Positions 17,875-25,658 of a DNA stretch of 32,000 bases are shown here, in pieces. Origin of the DNA: Opitutales bacterium (lineage in GTDB: Bacteria > Verrucomicrobiota > Verrucomicrobiia > Opitutales > PNEW01); the NCBI GenBank assembly GCA_965219535.1, contig CBDCNV010000001.1, positions 1,770,001-1,802,000 of the forward strand. The letters are read 5' to 3'. The notes beneath the pieces are model-generated. The model ran no database searches and had not been told where the DNA came from. It saw nothing but the letters and a program-made list of their open reading frames with translations. Positions within the stretch are counted from its first letter, which is position 1. Every line of letters starts with the position of its first letter. The position numbers were made by a program, and so were the translations under genes.

Positions 17875-20223
17875 ATGGCCGCTTCATCAGAAACGACAGC
17901 GGTTGAAATAATTTCACAAAGTTACAGCATCATTAGTGATTTAGGAGTGGTGCTTGTAGGGATTGCTATAGCCGCTCTCATCTTTCACAAATTGCGTCAA
18001 CCGATAGTGTTCGGTTATGTGCTAATAGGTCTTCTCCTCAATCCAAATATATTGGGAGATATTCTGATTCAGAGAACGGATACCATACATGCTCTTGGAG
18101 AGTTAGGAATAGTATTTTTACTCTTTAACATTGGATTAGAATTTGACTTACGTCGTCTTCAACGCGTCATTGGTCCAGCTACGCTCGCAGTTATTTTACA
18201 GACTGTGAGTATGATGATTTTGGGAATGCTCATTGCCCCAATCTTGGGGTGGAATACCACCTATGCAATATTTCTGGGGAGTCTATTAGCGATCAGTTCT
18301 TCCATGGTAACCTTTAGGACTTTGCGTGATCAAGGTCGGACCAAACATTCCCATGCTCAATTAGCAATAGGAATACTTATCCTGGAAGATATTTTAGGTG
18401 TGGCGATTCTCGTATTACTCACCGGAGTCGCAGTGAAAGGGCACTTAGCCTGGGCTTCTGTTTGGCAAGTTACTTTTTTTATCGGGGTCTTTGTTTTTGT
18501 CGTTTATTTCCTGGGAAAGTTAGTTGCCCCCCCGCTCCTTAATTTAATTTACCGCATTGGAAATATTGAAATGCTCACACTATTTACGGTGGGTATTGTT
18601 TTTGGAATTAGCGTACTCGCTCAAGTATTTCATTTCTCTGTAGCTCTCGGCGCGTTTCTTGCCGGATCAATTTTTTCTCAATCCACCTACGTTGAAGAGA
18701 TTGAAAATTCGACCCGGCCTATGTACGATGTTTTTTGCGCGATATTCTTTGTTTCTATAGGACTATTGATAGACCTTTCACTGTTGGTTGAAAATTGGGG
18801 TTGGATTATTTTATTATCACTTCTCGTAATATTGGGAAAAATAACAAGCTGCTGGCTTGGGTTATTTATTGCGGGCCAGCCGTCCAAAAGCAGTTTTCAA
18901 GCGGCCATGGTCAAGTGTCAAATCGCGGAATTCAGTTTCATCATTGCAGGATTAGGGCAGCAGCTTGGGGTCACTGATCAGAAGCTGACGACCACCGCAG
19001 TCGGTGTAGCCCTTATTACCATTCTATTAACCCCAGTATTGAGTTCTCACTCAGATAAAATTCACACCGCTATAGCACGAGGCGTACCAGAACCGGTCAG
19101 GATAATCGGTCAGTTTTATCATAATTTGCTCGAAACATTATTTTCCGTAATGGGTAAGAGTACTCTATTGCGACTGATAAAAAGACCGTCGCGACAAATT
19201 TTCATATACTTTTTTTTACTGAATGGCGTTGTCTTAATTAGTTATTTTATCGCACGCTACGTTCAGGTTCAAGCCACATGGGGGTCTTATAAGATTTTAG
19301 TCTACAGTGGTATTTGGGTACTGGCCGCTTTATTAATGCTACCTCCCCTCGTTGCTATTATTCGTAATTTAAATGTGATTGTTATGCTCGTGACGGAAGC
19401 TGCTTTTGGTGTCGGTTCGACTAGTCAGACTTTTCAAGGTCGGCTGCGTAATATTTTTAATAATCTTATTCTGCTTTTAGTCTTAGTCTTTGCGGGTGGT
19501 ATTTATTTCTCAGCCGCGGCACGCTATTTCCCGAGCGGTTTAGCACTTTTCCTCTTCCTGGGTCTGATCCTCACCGTGGGCATTATTCAGTGGCGGCTGA
19601 TGATTACCTTGAATTCCAGAATCGAAATTCTTTTCATGAAAAATCTTAACCAACGTTCACATGATCTTGGGGAAAAACGCCGCGAGACTGTGATGAGAGA
19701 AATTTCGAGCAAGTACCCATGGCCCGTTCATCTCAAGGATGTGACGGTAAAAAATGGAACAATCGCCAGTGGCCGCTTGATTATGGATTTGGATTTACGC
19801 AGACAGACAGGTTGCACAATCATTGCGCTGGGCCGCGACGGTAATCATATCTTTGATCCCAGTCCTGATGCGCCCCTTTTTAATGGCGATCAACTCCTTC
19901 TTTTAGGGAGCGAAAAACAGACGAAAAAAGCAATCAGTTACATTTCAACAAAAGTATCGGCTGATGCCTCCACTCCCTTTACCACCTTTCGTATCGAACA
20001 GATTTATTTAAATCGAGGATCAGAGCTTGAAGGAAATACACTTGCCGGTGCAAATTTGCGACGCCGTTACGGGATAAATGTGGTCGGGTTGCAACGTGGT
20101 GCAACGCGCACGACTTCACCCCCCGCTGACGAAATACTACAAGCCGGAGATGTTCTCCTTGTTGTCGGTGCTCCCGATGCATTAAAAGATTTTCAGAACA
20201 GGAGTAATCCGAAACCGCCCTAG
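17875..20223 (+). CDS. CPA2-type cation:proton antiporter with an extra membrane module and two C-terminal RCK_C (TrkA-C) domains
   Basis: A 782-aa ORF. The N-terminal ~400 aa form a Na+/H+-exchanger-like polytopic domain (KLRQPIVFGYVLIGLLL...). About 5 further TM helices follow. Two TrkA-C-like repeats close the protein (GRLIMDLDLRRQTGCTIIALGRDG... and GNTLAGANLRRRYGINVVGLQRG...). Confidence 0.8.
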   Translation: MAASSETTAVEIISQSYSIISDLGVVLVGIAIAALIFHKLRQPIVFGYVLIGLLLNPNILGDILIQRTDTIHALGELGIVFLLFNIGLEFDLRRLQRVIGPATLAVILQTVSMMILGMLIAPILGWNTTYAIFLGSLLAISSSMVTFRTLRDQGRTKHSHAQLAIGILILEDILGVAILVLLTGVAVKGHLAWASVWQVTFFIGVFVFVVYFLGKLVAPPLLNLIYRIGNIEMLTLFTVGIVFGISVLAQVFHFSVALGAFLAGSIFSQSTYVEEIENSTRPMYDVFCAIFFVSIGLLIDLSLLVENWGWIILLSLLVILGKITSCWLGLFIAGQPSKSSFQAAMVKCQIAEFSFIIAGLGQQLGVTDQKLTTTAVGVALITILLTPVLSSHSDKIHTAIARGVPEPVRIIGQFYHNLLETLFSVMGKSTLLRLIKRPSRQIFIYFFLLNGVVLISYFIARYVQVQATWGSYKILVYSGIWVLAALLMLPPLVAIIRNLNVIVMLVTEAAFGVGSTSQTFQGRLRNIFNNLILLLVLVFAGGIYFSAAARYFPSGLALFLFLGLILTVGIIQWRLMITLNSRIEILFMKNLNQRSHDLGEKRRETVMREISSKYPWPVHLKDVTVKNGTIASGRLIMDLDLRRQTGCTIIALGRDGNHIFDPSPDAPLFNGDQLLLLGSEKQTKKAISYISTKVSADASTPFTTFRIEQIYLNRGSELEGNTLAGANLRRRYGINVVGLQRGATRTTSPPADEILQAGDVLLVVGAPDALKDFQNRSNPKPP

Positions 20224-20290
20224 TGGAACTGCTATTTGCTAACTGAGATAAAGATGATTGGTTTAAGAGGTATAGTGAGAGAGTATAAAT

Positions 20291-22453
20291 ATGGCAACTG
20301 AGACAATATGCGGGATCTGGATTGATCGAACGGGTGAAGTTCATCTTTCAATACGCTTGGATAATAATAAACGTAAAGAAAATGTCCAATCGTGGTCACC
20401 CTTTGCCTGGGCTGATTCTCTTCCCCTGTCAGGTAAAGTCAGTGAAGAAAGGCTGGGAAGTGATGCGCCGTTCAGACACTTACTCAATTTCGAATCAATA
20501 GATGATTTTCGCGAGTTCACGCAAAATCCCCAAAGAGGTTTCGCGACTGAAATAATCAGACCTCTCGAAAGCCAATATCTCCTGTCACAAAAAGAACGTC
20601 TCTACACCGAGATGAGTTTTAGTGATCTTCGCCGCTGCCAGTGCGACATCGAAACCGCTTGTTCAGTATCGGGAGGATTCAGTAACCCGAAGCGAAAAGA
20701 AGATCGCGTTCTGGCTATCGGCATGCATTTCAGTGGAGAGAAGGAGGGTCGCGTCGTGACTCTCGATGAGATGAGTGACGATGCCGAGCGAGAATTATTG
20801 CTAACCTTCAATAGAATTCTCGAGGAGGAAGATCCAGATGTGATCGAGGGACACAATATCCACAATTTTGATTTTCAATATCTTCAACAGCGAAGCAAAC
20901 GGTTTAAAGTCCCCTGCGCGTGGGGACGATTTAATAAAGAGGCAAGCTTTCGTAGTAGCCGATTGCGTGTAGCTGAACGTTGGGTGGATTTTACAAGATG
21001 CGATATTCCAGGACGCGCAATCTTTGATTCTTACCTCGCCATCCAATTGTTTGATATTACGACACGAGATTTAATTTCATACCGTCTTAAAGATGTAGCG
21101 ATTTACCTGGGAATTACCGATGTTGATGGAAGCAACCGAACCTATATTCCGGGCGACAAAATCCAAGATGCCTATTTTGAAGATCGAGAGACATTCCTCG
21201 CGTATCTTCTTGATGATCTCCGTGAGACGCGTGGGATCGCAGGTTTACTGCTCCCCACATATTTTGCGCAAACACAGATTTTCCCGATGACTTTACAGGA
21301 AATTCTTCTCCGTGGTACAGCGCGCAAAGTAGATCTCATCCTATTAGAAAAATATTATCATGCACGACGAAGTCTTCCCGGTATACCCGAAGTAAGCAGT
21401 TTTGAGGGTGGTTACACACGAAGTTTTAAAACGGGAGTATTCCCTCATGTGCTGCATTTTGACGTCGCTTCACTCTATCCGAGTCTTCTCATCCTTATGG
21501 AGCGTAATCCGAGTAATGACTCGCTTGGAATATTTATACCCCTGCTTAAGGAATTGAGAGAATATCGTTTGAAGTACAAGGAATTGGCGCTAAACGCTGA
21601 AAATGTTGAACTCCAAAAAGAATATACAGCTCGGCAAAACAGTTTTAAGATACTTATAAATTCTTTTTATGGTTATCTGGGATTTTATGGTGCACGATTT
21701 GCCGACAGTGATCTCGCGGCTGAAGTCACCCGTCGGGGTAGAGAGATATTGCAGCAGCTGATTGATGAATTCACGAGACTGCGATGTGAAGTCCTGGAAG
21801 CGGATACTGACGGTATATATCTTTCTTCAGAAAAATATTTTAACTGTGCCGAAAGTTTGCTTGAAAAAGTAACATCCCTTTTACCTGAAGGGCTGGATTT
21901 AGAATATGACGGCCGCTACGACGCCATGTTCTGTTATAAATCAAAAAATTACGCACTCTATGATGGGACGAAAGTGACAATTAGAGGTTCCGCACTGCGA
22001 TCGCGCGGGATCGAACCTTATCTTAAATCACTGACTGACCAACTCATCCGCTTTCTTCTTGGTCTTGAGAAGGAATCACCATTGATACGCGCCGAAACCT
22101 TGCGTGCTGAAATTGAAAGCGGTCACATAGATGTATCTCGTATTGCTAAATCAGAATACCTGAGTCAACAACCTGAAGCCTATAAAAGGGCAGTGACCCA
22201 AAGTAAAAAACCACGACGGGCATCCCTCGAAGTAGCCTTGCAGACGGATCCGATGCCTAAAATGGGTGAACGCGTAACTTATTACATTCTTCCAAAAGAA
22301 AAGGGTGTGACTTCTGACTGGCAGCGCGCGCGCAATATCACCGAATTTGATCCCAAGCAATTTCCTTACGATCCTAAGTATTACACCAAGAAAATTGATG
22401 CGTGGATAAAACGTTATAATGAATTTCTGGAAACGGGAAAAAATAATAGCTAA
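20291..22453 (+). CDS. polB: family B DNA polymerase (Pol II-like)
   Basis: All exonuclease and polymerase motifs are present. Exonuclease motifs: Exo I (CDIET), Exo II (GHNIHNFDFQYL) and Exo III (AYLLDDL). Polymerase motifs: A (DVASLYPSL), B (KILINSFYGYLG), C (EADTDGIY) and KxY (KSKNYALY). Confidence 0.92.
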   Translation: MATETICGIWIDRTGEVHLSIRLDNNKRKENVQSWSPFAWADSLPLSGKVSEERLGSDAPFRHLLNFESIDDFREFTQNPQRGFATEIIRPLESQYLLSQKERLYTEMSFSDLRRCQCDIETACSVSGGFSNPKRKEDRVLAIGMHFSGEKEGRVVTLDEMSDDAERELLLTFNRILEEEDPDVIEGHNIHNFDFQYLQQRSKRFKVPCAWGRFNKEASFRSSRLRVAERWVDFTRCDIPGRAIFDSYLAIQLFDITTRDLISYRLKDVAIYLGITDVDGSNRTYIPGDKIQDAYFEDRETFLAYLLDDLRETRGIAGLLLPTYFAQTQIFPMTLQEILLRGTARKVDLILLEKYYHARRSLPGIPEVSSFEGGYTRSFKTGVFPHVLHFDVASLYPSLLILMERNPSNDSLGIFIPLLKELREYRLKYKELALNAENVELQKEYTARQNSFKILINSFYGYLGFYGARFADSDLAAEVTRRGREILQQLIDEFTRLRCEVLEADTDGIYLSSEKYFNCAESLLEKVTSLLPEGLDLEYDGRYDAMFCYKSKNYALYDGTKVTIRGSALRSRGIEPYLKSLTDQLIRFLLGLEKESPLIRAETLRAEIESGHIDVSRIAKSEYLSQQPEAYKRAVTQSKKPRRASLEVALQTDPMPKMGERVTYYILPKEKGVTSDWQRARNITEFDPKQFPYDPKYYTKKIDAWIKRYNEFLETGKNNS

Positions 22454-22480
22454 ATTATTTTTTCACCTATCGATATATAA

Positions 22481-23440
22481 TTAAAGTCCCTGCATGAATT
22501 GAAAGACCCTATCGGAATTACCAGGCAGGTTTTCATGTTTGAAGTCGGGATATATTGTCATCTCTTTTGGAGATTTAATTTTATTATAGGCCGCAAACTG
22601 TGTCGATGGAGGGCAAATTTCATCCATCAGACCAGTTCCCATAAGCACCTTGCCCGCGATACGTGGAGCTAAGTGTTGAACATCAATATAGCCGAGTCGT
22701 GTGAAAATTTCATCTTCACGCTTATGCATCGGGTCAAATAAACGAAAATAAAGTCTTAACTCTTCATAAGCTACGTTAACCAAATCCATTTGCCAGACTC
22801 TTTTATAATCCGATAAAAAAGGAAAATCTGGCGCGGCCAATTTTATTCTTGGCTCCAACGAAGCACATGCGAGGGTGAGCCCGCCTCCTTGCGATCCCCC
22901 TTTCGCGCCGACCCGGTTTTCATCTACGTCGTCCATGGCCATGACAATGCCAGCAAGCTGTGCAGTATCTAAAAAAATATTCCTGAATAATAAGGCGTCG
23001 GGGTGGTCATCAATACCGCGAATGATATGACCACGATGGGTAGTGCCTTTTACTTTTCCACTGTCTTCTGAGCGTCCACCCTGGCCGCGACAGTCCATCG
23101 CGGCGACTGTATAACCCATCGCGACATAACCCAGTTTATCATACCAATCACCGACGTTACCTGAATATCCATGGAAGGTGATAACGGCAGGATGTTTATC
23201 CTCTGCCTGCGTGGGGCGAAGCAGTTGTGCATGGACCCTGGCTCCGCCAGTGCCATTAAAATACAGATGGTAGCAATCGGCATAAGGAACTTCAAAATCA
23301 CTTTTTATAAGCTCAGATTCACCTTTTAAAGATTTCATTTCAGAGAGAGCCCGGTCCCAATAACTATCAAAATCATCCGGTCGGGGATTAATTCCCTGGT
23401 ATTCTTTCAATTCTTCCAGCGGCATATCAATAAGCGGCAT
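22481..23440 (-). CDS. CE7-family acetyl xylan esterase / cephalosporin-C deacetylase
   Basis: Has the three CE7 signature motifs: RGQ (DCRGQGG), GxSQG (GGSQGGG) and HE (FKHENLPG). The N-terminus IDMPLEELKEY resembles characterised CE7 enzymes. Confidence 0.88.
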   Translation of the reverse strand: MPLIDMPLEELKEYQGINPRPDDFDSYWDRALSEMKSLKGESELIKSDFEVPYADCYHLYFNGTGGARVHAQLLRPTQAEDKHPAVITFHGYSGNVGDWYDKLGYVAMGYTVAAMDCRGQGGRSEDSGKVKGTTHRGHIIRGIDDHPDALLFRNIFLDTAQLAGIVMAMDDVDENRVGAKGGSQGGGLTLACASLEPRIKLAAPDFPFLSDYKRVWQMDLVNVAYEELRLYFRLFDPMHKREDEIFTRLGYIDVQHLAPRIAGKVLMGTGLMDEICPPSTQFAAYNKIKSPKEMTIYPDFKHENLPGNSDRVFQFMQGL

Positions 23441-23495
23441 CTTTAGTTCTCCTAAAATATATAGTAATGAAAATGTGAGGGAGCTTTAAACAGCT

Positions 23496-24473
23496 CTAAC
23501 CCTGATAGAGTGGTTCCAAACCTTCGGCAAAGCGATCAACATTTTCCTTTAATGCAGCGATGCGTCTTTTATATGTCCCAACGGTTACTCCAGCAATATG
23601 CGGCGTAGTAATTACATTGGGTAGCTTGAAAAGAGGGGAGTTGGGATCAGGCGGTTCAGGATCAAATACATCTAAACCTGCTCCCGCGATACTTTTACTC
23701 TTTAAGGCTTCAATTAGGGCGGGTTCATCCACCAGTCCACCGCGGGCGACGTTTATGAGTATCGCACTTTGCTTCATAAGCCTTAATCTGCGGGCATCGA
23801 TCAGTTTACTCGTTTCTGGGAGTAGTGGAACATGGAGTGATACGATATCGGCTTGTGTTATGAGCTCATCGGTCTTCTCTGTCGTCCCGTAGAAATCTAT
23901 TCCATAATGATCGAGGGTTTCCTGGTCCACAGGCATGAGGTCAACCGCCATAATTCGCATATCACAGGCTTTTGCCCGGCGAGCGAGCTCACGACCACTG
24001 GCTCCGAATCCTATAAGCCCCAGGGTCATCCCCCCTAAATCATCACCCACAGGATCCCACATTTTCTGATTCGCTAACGCTGTCTGGGTCTCCTCAAATC
24101 GGCGTGTGATCAATAAAATCATGAGTAGAGCGCATTCGGCAAGTGATGCTCCGCTAAAAATTCCGGGAGTATGTGCAACCTTAAACCCCCGCTTATGCAT
24201 GGCATCTAGATCAATACTATCGAGACCGACAGAGGGGACAAGCCAGAGACTGGCATGGCGCGCCGCGCTGTCGAATATTTCATCATTAAGATTTTTGCCC
24301 AGGTTAATAACCACTTCCTGCCCGGAAAATTGCTCCGCGACCGGTTTGTTATAATCAAATAATGTCAAATCATGGGCCTTACCGATTGTTGCTTCAATTT
24401 CATTGTGCAGGCCAATGTCCCATTCGATGAATGGAGTGTTTTTTTGTATCAAGATGACTTTTACTCGTTTCAT
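23496..24473 (-). CDS. D-isomer-specific 2-hydroxyacid dehydrogenase (NAD-binding)
   Basis: Contains GLIGFGASGRELARRA (GxGxxG), ARGGLVDEPAL and the catalytic His in TPHIAG. Confidence 0.88.
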   Translation of the reverse strand: MKRVKVILIQKNTPFIEWDIGLHNEIEATIGKAHDLTLFDYNKPVAEQFSGQEVVINLGKNLNDEIFDSAARHASLWLVPSVGLDSIDLDAMHKRGFKVAHTPGIFSGASLAECALLMILLITRRFEETQTALANQKMWDPVGDDLGGMTLGLIGFGASGRELARRAKACDMRIMAVDLMPVDQETLDHYGIDFYGTTEKTDELITQADIVSLHVPLLPETSKLIDARRLRLMKQSAILINVARGGLVDEPALIEALKSKSIAGAGLDVFDPEPPDPNSPLFKLPNVITTPHIAGVTVGTYKRRIAALKENVDRFAEGLEPLYQG

Positions 24474-24642
24474 TTTCTATTAAAATTTGAGAGTTAATTT
24501 AATCGAGGATCACAGATAAATTTCAAACCGCAAGGAATTGGTTCGAAAATGTATCTGGATCTCAAGTAATTCATAATATTGATGCGATATAAAATAATAT
24601 GAGGTGTGAATTTTATTACAAGTGAAGCCAGAGATCACTTAA

Positions 24643-24878
24643 GTAAAATTGATTGAGAGCGATCTACATAATCTGAAAGAGGAAGAGTTGTGCGAAATAT
24701 CAGGCGACATCGATGTGGTCACCGTCGGTTGTGATCATGTTGATTTGTAATCAGCAACCAGGCACGGGTGAGGGTAACGACCACTCCTGGAGTGGATAGT
24801 TATGCCGTGACCGATTTTACTCTCGGTCCTCATACTTATAATAACAGAGCACCAAGGCACCCTGTTAATAGGCTCTAA
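24643..24878 (+). pseudogene. frameshifted, truncated relic of a D-2-hydroxyacid dehydrogenase paralogue
   Basis: From my own translation, frame A (24643-24750) gives VKLIESDLHNLKEEELCEISGDIDVVTVGCDHVDL*. Frame B (24744-24878) gives FVISNQARVRVTTTPGVDSYAVTDFTLGPHTYNNRAPRHPVNRL*. Together they mimic the family pattern xVGxDxIDL-(12 aa)-TPG...A(E/D)..L, which the intact neighbour shows as VPSVGLDSIDLDAMHKRGFKVAHTPGIFSGASLAECAL. The spacing from DL to TPG is 35 nt here against 36 nt in the intact gene. That fits a 1-nt deletion. Confidence 0.45.
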
Positions 24879-24973
24879 AGAATAGCAGTTTTCGTCACCT
24901 GCTCAATTCATTCCTTTGTAAGAATAATTGTCAGCTTGGAGAAAGTATATAAAAAATAAAAAAGCTATTGCTA

Positions 24974-25507
24974 TTACGATTTGCTGGATCTGCTTCGTGA
25001 AGCTACCCAGTTTATTATAGCTTTATTGTTAGTATTATATTTCCAAACGACTCGGAGAAATTCTGCAGGATGGACATCGTTAGCCTTAAAAAAACGCCGA
25101 TCACCCCCGCAGTCGTACATCGTGTCGGGATCTAGTTCACCGCGCAATTTGAATTTTGCTTTTTCTATGATTCTGGGCAGCCAGACAATTCCTCTAATTT
25201 TCTTTTCTTTGGGAGGAAGTTTTTCCTGAACAAGCTGACGCTTAGAGCGTTTACCTTTTTGTTTTTCGAGGAAATAGGAGCGGCGAACGTCATGGATCAT
25301 CGCCATAGTGGTAAAATCCGGTTCGCCATCATGGACGTAATCTTCCGCGAAATCATATATTTCTTGAGAGGTAGCCCCTATTGAATCGAGAAAGGCTTTT
25401 TCTGTTTTAGTAAAGTAGGTATTGGCGTCTCGTTTTTTCTTTTTGTAGAGACTTACCGCTTTTTCCCATATTTTGCTTAATTTCTTTTGATAGTCATAAT
25501 TTTTCAT
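24974..25507 (-). CDS. hypothetical protein, C-terminal half DUF5069-like
   Basis: A 177-aa ORF. Its C-terminal segment GIVWLPRIIEKAKFKLRGELDPDTMYDCGGDRRFFKANDVHPAEFLRVV resembles DUF5069 as I recall it. I do not recognise the N-terminal ~95 aa. Confidence 0.5.
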   Translation of the reverse strand: MKNYDYQKKLSKIWEKAVSLYKKKKRDANTYFTKTEKAFLDSIGATSQEIYDFAEDYVHDGEPDFTTMAMIHDVRRSYFLEKQKGKRSKRQLVQEKLPPKEKKIRGIVWLPRIIEKAKFKLRGELDPDTMYDCGGDRRFFKANDVHPAEFLRVVWKYNTNNKAIINWVASRSRSSKS

Positions 25508-25658
25508 TTTTAGCCTTTTTTGAAGGTCGAATATGTATTTTTAGAGCAAAAATAATTAAATAATAAGTTTCAAGCTAGAATGCTGAGTAGGGGCTGAAAT
25601 CACATTGTGAGATCGAAACCTCAAACCGCGGTAAGTGTAATCTTAAATAGTTTTCAGT

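Noticed and set aside
19979-20344. A 121-aa minus-strand ORF spanning the antiporter 3' end, the intergenic gap and the polB start.
   Set aside because: It overlaps two well-supported genes on the opposite strand, and its sequence has no recognisable domain or sensible composition.
20291-22453. polB as part of a self-synthesising mobile element (casposon or pipolin) or a protein-primed plasmid remnant.
   Set aside because: There is no Cas1, integrase or terminal protein nearby and no terminal inverted repeats. The polymerase has a canonical KxY motif and the Exo/Pol layout of RNA/DNA-primed PolBs.
24523-24531. The motif TCAAACCGC recurs at 24523-24531 and 25621-25629, in both cases in minus-strand gene-flanking regions.
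   Set aside because: It is only 9 nt long, the flanks are not conserved, and the two copies sit in different contexts (upstream of one gene, downstream of another).
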